From: Amoebidium appalachense
Taxonomy: Eukaryota; Protista; Ichthyosporea
Length of the DNA stretch: 64,000 nucleotides
Assembly: GCA_963693365.1 (NCBI GenBank)
Contig: CAVNZM010000004.1
Span: 10,010,468-10,074,467, forward strand
Reading direction: 5' to 3'
The notes beneath the pieces are model-generated. The model saw only the letters and a list, made by a program, of their open reading frames with translations, ran no database searches and was not told the DNA's origin. Each line of letters opens with the position of its first letter. Within the stretch, counting starts at the first letter, position 1. A program made the position numbers and the translations under genes. Below are positions 1 through 11,464 of this stretch, piece by piece.

Positions 1-398
1 TGTAATGTCACGGTGTATGTAGAGTATGCTATGTCACATTCAATGCACACACGCACGGCACATACACACGAACATGCACACATGTACACGCACCCACATA
101 CACGTCAAGCACACACTACATCCATCCATGCGACATTCGCCTTTTTAATACCTATGATATCATTACGCGTAGTCAAAATACCATAATAATAATGTGTAGA
201 AGTGATTGCAGGTCACTTTCACATGCTGCAGCTGTTTAATTAATAATGACACTAATGGCACAAGCACACTGCAGATTCGGATTCCCCCCCCCCCCCCCCC
301 CCCCCCCGAAATTTTTGGTTGCGGTGGCGGCGGCGGCGGCGGCGGCGGGCGCCGGGGCGCCGGGGGGGAGGGGGGGGGGGGGGGGGGGGGGGCGGGGG

Positions 399-437
<39 letters not shown>

Positions 438-862
438 GAGGGGGGAGGGGGGGGGGGGGGGGAAGAGCTGGGAAACGAGGGTGTAACCCGAAAAAGCAAA
501 TTTGCCGGAACACTGACCAATCAGAACGCGTAAGCCGAAATCTGTACATTCCATCCCGAAACTGACCAATAGGACCGCGAATGGCTCATTGTTTTTGGTA
601 AACAGAGGCGGCCGGCCGGCGGCGGCCAGACACGCGCACAGACTTGTTGTTTTTGCGTACTGCTTCGTGAGATTTGGAGAGATTTTTGCTTTTGAGATTT
701 CACTGGGCTTTGAGATTTAATAGACACAGGCACAGAGACGTTATTTTGCATGCTGTTTTTTATTGAGGCATTGCTCTGGCACAGCCAGGCTAGCAACCAT
801 CGATTAGATTGATACTTGAGATTTATAAGATTACAGCCTGAGATCTAAGGTTACCATTCAAG

Positions 863-2400
863 ATGTTCAGCGAGAGCCAGGAAGAGTTTGAAGATGATCT
901 GTTGCGGGCACTGGATGCCGACCCGCAGCAGGTCCTGCAGGCCCACCCCTTCCTGCAGGCCATGTTGGCCCCACCACCCCCACCCCCACCCCTCCCCGGC
1001 CAGCCCCCCGCCCCCGCCCCCATCAATCACCCCGATGACCCCCAGATCATTGCCATGCCGGCCGAGGGCAACTGGCGACTGCGTTCCCGTGTAGATGACA
1101 TGCAGGCACGGGGACTGGGTGTGCGTGGCCACACCCTCGAGTACCAACCCCTGCGCACCCTTGACGTGACTGAGTTCCCCCAGTTTTTTGCAGCCATGCT
1201 GTTCGATGCCATGGCCCGTGCAGATGTGCAGGCGGGGGACATGCTGATTGTGCGTATCATCAGCCTGCACGTGCAGGCCAACGGTGTGGACAACCAGGTG
1301 GGGGATGATGGCAACCCCAACGCCGACGTGACCAACCGTCGTGTGTTTACTGCCGGCCCCATGGAGGTGTTCAATGGTGATGTCAACGCCGTGGTGCTCA
1401 AGCTGATGGAGAACATACGGCAACGCACCCAGAGTGCAGCCGAGACCTTCATGGACGGCAGATCCACCGTGCATCTGACGGTGGCCCGACCCAAGGACAT
1501 GGTGAGGAGGGGGGCCTGCGGGTCCCTGTCCACCACCATGGGGGTGAATGCACGGTGGCTGCAGGATCTGGTGGAGGCCAAGGCCGTGGTGGATGTGACC
1601 GCCCTCGTGCAGGCTGCTCGCAGCACCGACGACCCACAGGTGACCGGGGAGAGGGCCCTCGACCACCAGCAGCTGCACGGCTTTGCCTACGGCCCCAACT
1701 GTGCCCAGCTGTGCCTGTTGTACAGCATGGTGATGTGAGTGAAGAAGGCAGCCAATGGCAACGAGCAGGCCAGCCTGCCCACCGAGCACACACGCAAGGT
1801 GCTGGCCAAGGGGGGCAACCTCATGGATCGCAAGGACCACCACGTGCTGTGCCACCTGCTGACCCCGGAGGAGGTGTTGGGGGCCGGCAACACGACCCTG
1901 GGGGTGTCGAGATCTTCCGGCTGTGGGGTGTGCAACCTGCTACTCCCCCCCACAGATCCAAGGAGCCACCACCAAGACCGTTACCTGCGGAGATTGGTGA
2001 GGGCAACCCGAGTGCTGTGGACCAAGTACGACCTGCCTGTGCCTGCAGAGGACGGCCTGACGGTGGATGAGCTGGGGGCAGCCGTGGATGCCCTCAACAC
2101 AGCCATTGCCGAGCAGCCTGAGTCAGTCACCCGCCTGCGGCTGGTGGTGGTGGACATGGACAGCGGGGCCAAAGTGCTACGCCGGTACGGGGACCTGAGC
2201 ATGGCCCTGCCCCCCTCCAAGCTGTGCACCATGTACTTGGCCCACTCCCAGAAGCTGGGCCACTTCACGGCCATCACCTCCAGTGTCAGCACGACCATCG
2301 AGCGCCTACGACACAGCAACCACACGGGGGAGGCACGACGGAACCTCAGCACCTGCTACTACCCTCTGTCCTCCATCCCACCCCCAACCCCACCCAGCTC
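863..2400 (+). pseudogene. Disabled ORF resembling the N-terminal (OTU-like protease-containing) region of a Polinton/Maverick/adintovirus protein-primed DNA polymerase B; premature stop and 3' truncation
   Basis: GC-rich coding-like frame from ATG 863. TGA at 1736-1738 is TGG in copy B (41632-41634). The motif order GDMLIVRI...RTQSAAETF...VHLTV...G...NCAQLCLLYSM...GLTVDEL...LRLVVVD...MYLAHSQKLGHFTAITS recalls the Polinton PolB N-terminus. No exonuclease or polymerase motifs follow. The end coordinate is approximate. Confidence 0.55.
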
Positions 2401-2609
2401 TGAAGGAACAACAGTTGTAAACAGACTATGTACGCTGTCAGACTATCAGGGGATTAGGGGATTATGTTCTCTTTCTGCAACGATTTTCCACAGACCCCCC
2501 CCCCTCCCCCTCCCCCCCCCGGCCCGCCCACTCCCCTTCCTAAAATGCACACAGGCACACATGCAAGTAAGCGCACGCACGCACACCCACAGCCGCACAC
2601 ACACGCGCG

Positions 2610-2643
<34 letters not shown>

Positions 2644-2912
2644 TCCGGTTGTATCCCTCGCTTATAAAAATTATTATTTTTCTGATAGAGTTTTCCGGCA
2701 GGTGAAACAGCGGGCAGATTTCTGGAACAGTGTGGGAGTAGCAGGTGGTGTGCGTGTGTGTGTGTGTTTTTTTTTTTTTTTTTTTTTGTGTGTGAGTAGG
2801 TTTGTATTGTATTTGTCGTGAGTGTGTGAGTGTGCGTGTGTATTTTTTTGTGTGTGTGTGTGTTGTGGTGTGTGTGTGGGTGTGTGTGAGTGTGTGTGGG
2901 TATGGGTGTGTG

Positions 2913-3836
<924 letters not shown>

Positions 3837-3849
3837 GGTTAAAGGCCCA
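3837..3849 (+). promoter_or_regulatory. Primer binding site, variant of the copia half-tRNA-iMet type
   Basis: GGTTAAAGGCCCA lies immediately after the 5' LTR; the canonical copia PBS is GGTTATGGGCCCAG. Confidence 0.8.
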
Positions 3850-3954
3850 TTTTCGCACGCTCTCGCAACACATACTCTCGCTGCAATCAAAAATATTCAA
3901 ATTTGAATACCGATCTGATTCCTCTCTCACGCATCATCTGACTGATTGATCACC

Positions 3955-6900
3955 ATGTCGGAGAAACCTGCGTATCTCAACCTCACCCCCTGGAAAGGGG
4001 ATGACACCACGGACAAGAAGTCCGGCAAACGTCTCACCTATTATGAGTGGGAACCCGTCATCTTCCGGTACCTACGTACCACCACCGCGGCCAAGTTAGT
4101 GCCCGTCATCAAGGCCCCCAAGTGGGTCGACCCTTCCGACGAGAATGAGTGGCACGGCTACGACACTGAGGAGGCCTACACCGAGGCATCCAACCTCCTT
4201 GAACAGATGTTTACTCAACTCGTCTCCAATGATGAGCTGTATAACTCTGGTCAAATCCACGATGATGTGTCACCTGCCCAAGCTTTCCACAACCTCCGTA
4301 TGACCTATGCGGCTGAACGTGAAGATCGTGCTCGTCAAATCCTCCTCGACTACCATGAGCTTGAACTCAAAGACTTCAAGACCGTCACGGCCTACCTCAC
4401 CATGGCACGCCGTCTGTGCACTACCCTGCACATCCTCGAAGAGCCCATTCCTCACAAGACTATGGTTGATAACTTCTTCATCCACCTCAAGAAGAACCGT
4501 AAGTTAGTTTGTACCGACATCCAGGCCATGATTGCCGACTACTTCCGTCGTACCATTAACTACGAGACCTACAACCGTCTAATCAGTGACATCAGAGCTG
4601 CAGAGATCCGTGAAGGTCTCATCGACTCTGGGTCCGGGTCCTCCTCCACCGTCCGAACAGCACGTGCCCTGCAAAGCCGTGTACTCACCAAGGACGACCT
4701 CAGACACCGGATCCCCCGACGTGACAGCTCCGTCTCCCGTCACCCCCGCGGTCGTCCCACCGATCGATCCCCCTCAGTTGACCGTGATTACTCACGGTCC
4801 CGTTCCCCCGGCTATCGTTCCCGGTCACCCTACCCCCCACGTAAAGGGGGTAACCGTCATTCCCAGCCACCCCGAGCCAAGACCACTGGCTCCCTCGACT
4901 GTGCCTACTGTCACGAAGACCATCATGTCACACAGTGTGACAAACCTGGCTGCTCAATTGCCCGTCGTCACCGTGCCAACACCAAGTCTGGAAAAGAGGT
5001 GCATTTTGCCCTCGTGTCCACCACGGCCTCCCTACCCATGGACCCCTGCTGGGACTCGGCTTCAAACGTCCACGTGTGCCCAGTAAAAGAGTACTTCTCT
5101 ACTCTTGAGCCCGGGCCATGCCCCCCGACTGACGTCCACGGCCTCGGCATGATCGTCACTGCACATCACCGTGGTGTCATTAACCTGGCCGTCACCTACA
5201 ACGGAGTAACATCAGTACTGAGCCTCAACACCCTCTATGTACCCGACTCCCCAGCCTTCCTGATATCACCCTCAATGGCCTCCAAGTCGGGTCTCCTTGC
5301 CCACCTCGATGATGAGGATGCATTCCCATCATCCCTCTACACTCGTGGTGGCAACATCGTGTGTTCCCTCACAGGCACAGATGGACTGTACTTCATCACT
5401 GACTATGAGATACGTCCCTCCATCCCTCGGACCGTCACTGCTCTGGTAGCCAACGTCAAGGTCAACAATGATCCTCAGCTCTGGCACCACCGTCTCGGCC
5501 ATCGTGCCCTGTCCACCCTCACCAAAATGGTGAGAGGTGACCTCGTGACAGGCCTCCCCTCATCCCTCTCAGTGGCTGACACCACTGACTGCTTCGGTTG
5601 TGTCTCCGGCAAGACCACCAAGGCCCCATTCTCCGGCACCAGAACCCAGTGCCCCTTCCCCGGTGCCAAGTGGCACATGGACTTCTTCGAGCCTCCCTGT
5701 GCCTCCTATGGTGGCTACAAGGTGGCCCTCGTGTGTACCTGTGATGCCTCCGGCTACACCATCGTGTACCTCCTCCGTGATCGATCCGAAACTCTCGAAT
5801 ACGTCAAGGCCCTGGTTGAGACTACTGACAAGCAACCCGACAAGGTGGTGACCCACTTCCGTTCAGACTCTGGGTCCGAGTTCACCTCCCACGCTATGGA
5901 GCAGTACTGCCAGTCCAAGGGCATCATTCAGGAATTTGCCCCGGTTGACTGCCCCCAACTCAACGGCTTCGTTGAACGTAAGATGAGGGATCTGCAGGAG
6001 ATCGTTCGGTGCTTCCTTCATCAGGACAAGGCCGACTCCCTTTCCCCCAAACTGTGGGGAGCTGCTCTCAAGCATGCTGCCTACATCATCAACGTGACCC
6101 CGGCCAGAGCTGCCAATGGCCGTACACCGTTTGAAATTTTCTACGGTGTCAAGCCTGACATCTCCCACCTGCACGTGTTCGGCTGCCCAGCCTATGTACA
6201 CGTCCCTGCATCCAAACGAGACAAGTTGGCCTCTACCGTCAAACTCGGCACCTACGTGGGCTGGGATATCACCAACAAAGCCCACAAGATCATGAATCTA
6301 CGTGGCAACACGGTCAACCTCTACCGCGATGTCGTCTTCGACGAATCACAATTCACCACGGCATCCAATCAGATTTCTGTGCAGGCCACCAATCAGACGA
6401 CCTCAATCGATTCATCCCTGCATTCCGGAAATTCCAATTCCGATGACGATGAAATTCCGTCGGTGATTATCCGTCGTTCCCCCCGTCGTGTACCTGCCCC
6501 CGTGGCTCCACCCACCCCCCCCCCCCCCACCGGTCAGCAACCCCTGCTGCCGGCCCCTGCCGTCAATGACCACGTACCTGGTCATCTCACCCCGGTTCGT
6601 CCTGGGTCTCCGGAGTTCCACTCGGCCCCGTCCAGCCCCGTGTTATCCGACTCCCCCCTCAACACGGCACCCATCCCTGGCTTCCAGGCCCCCATCCCCG
6701 ACCACCGAGTGTCTGTCCCAGACAACCCCCCGGCCCCTGAGCCCCTCCGTACCGTTCCCCGTCGTTCCTCCCGTCTCTCCTCCCGGCCTGCTATGGCTAT
6801 GGTGAGCATCTCCCGACCCAGCCTTGATGTGTCTCAGCTGCCCCGGTCAATTCAGAAGCTGTGCTCTGGCACCAAGGGTGATGAAGTGGTGACTGCCCTC

Positions 6901-8388
6901 ACTGCCGAGTACAAGGCTTTCATCGACAAGGACATCTTCGACGTAGTTGAGCCCCCCTCCGATGCCAACATCATCCGATTCAAGTGGATTGTCACGGAGA
7001 AGGTCCTCAACTCTGCTGGTGACACCAAGATCAAGGGTCGTGGTGTGGCCAAGGGTTTCACCCAAGTCTACGGTGTTGACTACGGTGAAAACTCTTCCCC
7101 CGTCGTCATGTCCTCCTCCGTCCGTGCCCTGCTTGCCCTCGGTGTGCAACAGGACCACGAGATCCATCAACTCGACATCAGCACGGCCTTCCTCAACAGC
7201 CCCCTCGACGAGACTTTGTACATGGAGCAACCTCCTGGTTTTATCCTCCCTGGCAATGAACACAAAGTCTGGAAACTCAAGAAGGCCATCTACGGACTCA
7301 AGCAGGCATCCCTGGCATGGTACGAGTTCTTCTACTCCATTCTCATTGCCCACGGCCTCACCCGTCTCCGTTCCGATCCGTGTGTCTACTTCCGTCAGTT
7401 CCCCAACGGGCACATCATCCGTTCGGGCAACTACGTTGATGATGCCATCATCACCTGCACACGGAACTCCACCATCATGCAGGGGCTTGTTCGTCACATC
7501 ACGAAGTCTGCCGAGTGCAAGGTCGGTCTGCCAGACATCTTCCTCGGCACCCAACTGCTGTACACCCGTGACTCCCTCAAGCTGCTGCAGTCCTCCTACA
7601 TCAAGGACATCATCACCGACTTCAACCTGGTCGATGCCAAGCCTAAGGCCACCCCTATTCCCGTGGGCACCATCATCAACGAGACCTCCCTCTCATCCCT
7701 GCCCACCACCGTCCCCTACCGTGAACTCCTCGGCCGTCTGCTGTGGGTTGCTCGGTGCTCCCGGCCTGACATCTCGTATGCCATTGGCTACCTCGGCCGA
7801 TTCAGCTCCAAGCCCACCAAGACTGCCTGGGAGCTTCTCCTCCGTGTCGTTCGTTACCTGCTCGGCACCATCAACCTCGGCCTCTACTACACGAAGAAGG
7901 CCCCCAACAGCAAGGTGCCCATCCTTGAGTGCTACTCGGATTCTGACTTTGCTGGTTGCCCCACCACCCGTCGTTCCACGTCTGGGTACGTCATCCTCCT
8001 CGAAGGCTCCCCCGTCACCTACCACTCCAAGCTGCAGACGATCACTGCAACTTCCACCTGTGAGGCCGAGCTCCTGGCCCTCAATGCTGCCGTGCAAGAT
8101 GTTGTCTGGCACCGTGATCTACTAAAGGAGCTGGGCTACCCCATGACCGAGCCCACCCCCGTGTACTGTGACAATCAGTCCACCATTGCTCTGGTCCACT
8201 CCAACACCATCAAGCACCGGACCAAGCACATTGCCGTTCGTTACTTCAACACCAAGGACTACATCAACAGTGGGGACGTCACTGTCACCTACATCGACAC
8301 CAAGAAGAACCTGGCCGACATCTTCACCAAGCCTCTGGCTGGTCCGGCCCACGACACACACCGTGCCAACCTCAGTCTCCGTGACTGA
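3955..8388 (+). CDS. Copia Gag-Pol polyprotein (Gag zinc knuckle, protease, integrase, reverse transcriptase, RNase H)
   Basis: Uninterrupted ORF with first ATG at 3955. Motifs: CAYCHEDHHVTQC, WDSASNVH, LWHHRLGH...CFGC, HMDFF/RSDSGSEF/NGFVER, QLDISTAFLN, YGLKQA, YVDD, YSDSDFAG, EAELLA, CDNQS, LADIFTK. Integrase-before-RT order identifies Copia. Confidence 0.98.
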   Translation: MSEKPAYLNLTPWKGDDTTDKKSGKRLTYYEWEPVIFRYLRTTTAAKLVPVIKAPKWVDPSDENEWHGYDTEEAYTEASNLLEQMFTQLVSNDELYNSGQIHDDVSPAQAFHNLRMTYAAEREDRARQILLDYHELELKDFKTVTAYLTMARRLCTTLHILEEPIPHKTMVDNFFIHLKKNRKLVCTDIQAMIADYFRRTINYETYNRLISDIRAAEIREGLIDSGSGSSSTVRTARALQSRVLTKDDLRHRIPRRDSSVSRHPRGRPTDRSPSVDRDYSRSRSPGYRSRSPYPPRKGGNRHSQPPRAKTTGSLDCAYCHEDHHVTQCDKPGCSIARRHRANTKSGKEVHFALVSTTASLPMDPCWDSASNVHVCPVKEYFSTLEPGPCPPTDVHGLGMIVTAHHRGVINLAVTYNGVTSVLSLNTLYVPDSPAFLISPSMASKSGLLAHLDDEDAFPSSLYTRGGNIVCSLTGTDGLYFITDYEIRPSIPRTVTALVANVKVNNDPQLWHHRLGHRALSTLTKMVRGDLVTGLPSSLSVADTTDCFGCVSGKTTKAPFSGTRTQCPFPGAKWHMDFFEPPCASYGGYKVALVCTCDASGYTIVYLLRDRSETLEYVKALVETTDKQPDKVVTHFRSDSGSEFTSHAMEQYCQSKGIIQEFAPVDCPQLNGFVERKMRDLQEIVRCFLHQDKADSLSPKLWGAALKHAAYIINVTPARAANGRTPFEIFYGVKPDISHLHVFGCPAYVHVPASKRDKLASTVKLGTYVGWDITNKAHKIMNLRGNTVNLYRDVVFDESQFTTASNQISVQATNQTTSIDSSLHSGNSNSDDDEIPSVIIRRSPRRVPAPVAPPTPPPPTGQQPLLPAPAVNDHVPGHLTPVRPGSPEFHSAPSSPVLSDSPLNTAPIPGFQAPIPDHRVSVPDNPPAPEPLRTVPRRSSRLSSRPAMAMVSISRPSLDVSQLPRSIQKLCSGTKGDEVVTALTAEYKAFIDKDIFDVVEPPSDANIIRFKWIVTEKVLNSAGDTKIKGRGVAKGFTQVYGVDYGENSSPVVMSSSVRALLALGVQQDHEIHQLDISTAFLNSPLDETLYMEQPPGFILPGNEHKVWKLKKAIYGLKQASLAWYEFFYSILIAHGLTRLRSDPCVYFRQFPNGHIIRSGNYVDDAIITCTRNSTIMQGLVRHITKSAECKVGLPDIFLGTQLLYTRDSLKLLQSSYIKDIITDFNLVDAKPKATPIPVGTIINETSLSSLPTTVPYRELLGRLLWVARCSRPDISYAIGYLGRFSSKPTKTAWELLLRVVRYLLGTINLGLYYTKKAPNSKVPILECYSDSDFAGCPTTRRSTSGYVILLEGSPVTYHSKLQTITATSTCEAELLALNAAVQDVVWHRDLLKELGYPMTEPTPVYCDNQSTIALVHSNTIKHRTKHIAVRYFNTKDYINSGDVTVTYIDTKKNLADIFTKPLAGPAHDTHRANLSLRD

Positions 8389-9114
8389 CCCGTGCACTGG
8401 TGTTCATCATCGAGTGGTTTCTGAGTAGGTTGGGGCCCTGGACAGCAGTTGACACACCTACGGTGATCAAGATGCCTCCCAACGAAAGTCTACTACTCCT
8501 CATCGTTTCTCTTCATCAGTGGGGACTCAGTCTTCCATCGTCATATGTGTGCATCTTCAGTGGGGATTATTCTCCACCATCCGTCGTTTATTTATATTCA
8601 TATCCCACCATATATATTGGTTTTCTTCTATATTCGACTTATATATATGTCGAACTGGGATGGCGTCCCAGTATAAATAATTATCTATAGCCATGACGTG
8701 CTGGTTGACTGCCAGTCTAAACCTAGTCCACGGGATGCACCTTCCCCGTGTCTTAACTGGTTGACCACCAGTCTATAAATCAGTCCACAAGATGTTCATG
8801 TCTTGTGTTTACCTGGGTGGTCCCCAGTATAAACCATTAGCCACCAACACGTCACACATACACTAGTGTTTCCTATATATATATATATATATCGCCGATA
8901 ACCACCATGATTTCTTATTTCGAGTCTTCAGAGGCAACCGTCGTTGTGTGCCTCTTCAGTTTTGATTCTCTCCTTCCCACCTCAAGGATCTTCGGTTTGC
9001 ATCCTCGAGTGGGGAAACTTGAGTGTGACGGCCCCTCCTGTGTTTGGACCTCATCTACCGTCACATCAACAGACACGAGAACACAAACTTCAACCGGGTC
9101 CCCTTGAGTGGGGA

Positions 9115-9195
9115 TGTTGGAATACGTCACCATGTATGACAGCAAGAGCCTTGAAGTATGTATGTGTCCTAGCTTGTTTGTATTCGTGTCTGCTT

Positions 9196-9281
<86 letters not shown>

Positions 9282-10029
9282 CCCCCCCCCCCCCCCCCGT
9301 ATCTCTCTCTCCCTTGTTCCTGTGGGCACAGATATCTGTAGATCTGTGCACACCTGGCTCTCTTGCCTGATAAGAACTTATTGTGTTTTTATTTCTGTTT
9401 GCTCTCCTCTGTTTATCTGAGAGGTAGCGTGATTGGCTAGCCTCACTCGTTGTCTTTCCTTTATTTCAAAATGGCCTAGTTTTGTTCTCAAAAGGATGGC
9501 TCGCCAATAGTCGCGAGCGAGTACATCTGTAGATTGTGTTGTGCATTCCTGTCTGTTAATATATGTGTGTTGTGATTGGACAATAGATATATATGGAATT
9601 CGGTTTATTGCAAAGTGTCTTCACTTTGAGAGTGTCGACTATTAGGAAATATATGTATTTAAATAAGTTTCTTTATAGAGACGAACATAAATATATATGT
9701 GAGTTAATAGTGACTAGATGTATAATTACTTAATTTATTTAAGTAAGAGTTTCTACACTTTAGTTTAATCGGAAGTTGGAATGCGTATGCTCTGTCGGAA
9801 TGTGTTTTTCTATCTTCTGATAGAACCGATTGGTTCTCCCTCTTTAGTTGTGATAAGGTGATAAGTCGCAAGTACAAAAGGAACCGAGAGCACAATAAAG
9901 ATTCAGTTGTTGTTTGAAATCTTTCAATGTCTCGTGAACAACTCCGATTGCCCTCTCATTAATGTGTTAGTCGTGTTTTTACATGACACCTCTGTGCACT
10001 CTGCTCCCTTAGACCCGTACAAAACAACA
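9115..10029 (+). repeat. 3' LTR of Copia element 1
   Basis: Direct repeat of 2913-3836, preceded by the PPT and followed by the TSD. Confidence 0.97.
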
Positions 10030-10083
10030 GTGTGTGTGTACGTGGGTGGGTGGGTGGGTGGGTGGGTGGGGGTGGGTGTGTGT

Positions 10084-10119
<36 letters not shown>

Positions 10120-10220
10120 ATGGGTGGGTGGGTGGGTGGGTGGGTGGGTGGGGGGAGGTGTGTGTGTGTGTGTGTGTGTATGTGGTGTGCGAAAAAAAAG
10201 GTGAGGGGGAGGGGAGTAAG

Positions 10221-11409
10221 TGTTATTTTGTGTGGGTAAACGGAGAAGCAGAGAGCACAGATGGGTGTTATGTAAAACACAACACAAAGACACACGGGAA
10301 AAACACAACCGGAGAGGAGGAACGATTTCTGGAACCATAGGAAGTGAATACGACTGCTTGTGATTTATTTCAAGATGAGGTCCCTTTTATACTTGGGAAT
10401 GTGAAACGATAAACCAATCAAAAGAATGAAAACTATGAGTGTAAAATATATCGAATAAAATGTCTGTCGACATTTAGAATATAAAACTCAATCCTCTAAT
10501 GAAAGAAACTTCTAATAAAAGCACGGAAACATTTAATAAAATGAAACCACTTATGTAACTATTAATTCATAACATATATTTATACATGTTCTTATCATAA
10601 CACGTCTAAATATAATTATTCCTAATAGTTGAAGAACATAGCACAATGCTACGTCGTGGGAAAGGAATGAGAAAGGAATGTAAGTTACTATATTTGGGAA
10701 AATACAAACGAGATATGATTGGATGACATATATAGATTTTGACGCAAACGACAATACGTGTGCGCGAGCTAAGTATGTCGATACGTACACAGATCTAAGA
10801 TGTCGTGTACACGGAAACGGAAAAGAAAGAAAGAAATGAAGAAAGGAAAAGGAAACAAACTACAACAACTAATAAATAAATACCAAACTCAACTTCTAAG
10901 TCTTGCTGAGAATTAAGTGAAGATGACATCCCCACTCAAGGGTTGGAAGTTGGGTTCTCGTGAAGTTTGTTGATGTGACTGTTGATGTTAAGACTTTCAC
11001 ACATGTAGAAGTAGGTGCCGTGAAGTCACAGTCAAGTTTCCCCACTCGAGAAGACAATGGAGAAGACTTGAAGGTGCAAGCCGGGGAAGAAAACCAAAAC
11101 GGAAGAAGCACACAACGACGGTTGCCTCTGAAGACTCGGAAGATGACGGTAGCCAATGACGTGATATATAAATATATATAGAAGAAACAACTAGTGTATG
11201 TGTGACGTGTTGGTGGCTAATGATAAATACATTATATATATGGTGGTATATAAATAAACGACGGATGGTGGAGAAGAAATCCCCACTGAAGATGCACACA
11301 CTGAAGATCGATGAAGACAGCAGTAGACTTTCGTTGGGAGGTGTCTCTACACGGTGATGTGTAGACCACTGGCCAGGGCCCCAACCTACTTGAAGACCAC
11401 TGTAGATGA

Positions 11410-11464
<55 letters not shown>

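Noticed and set aside
163-569. Poly-Pro/poly-Gly ORFs here and many similar ones (CVCV, THTH, ERER, LSLS) across the window
   Set aside because: They are translations of G/C homopolymers and dinucleotide microsatellites, open in several frames with no coding signal.
2670-2830. Locally high divergence from copy B (about 42570-42760)
   Set aside because: Clustered indels next to microsatellites look like consensus error or slippage rather than a feature.
8654-8834. CRISPR-like array of palindromic repeats
   Set aside because: Repeats are degenerate, lie in a eukaryotic retrotransposon UTR, and no cas genes are present.
10960-11181. Antisense ORF sharing DVTVD...SSFPTR with 8915-9145
   Set aside because: The similarity follows from nucleotide conservation around the PPT-like motif, and the frames diverge afterwards.
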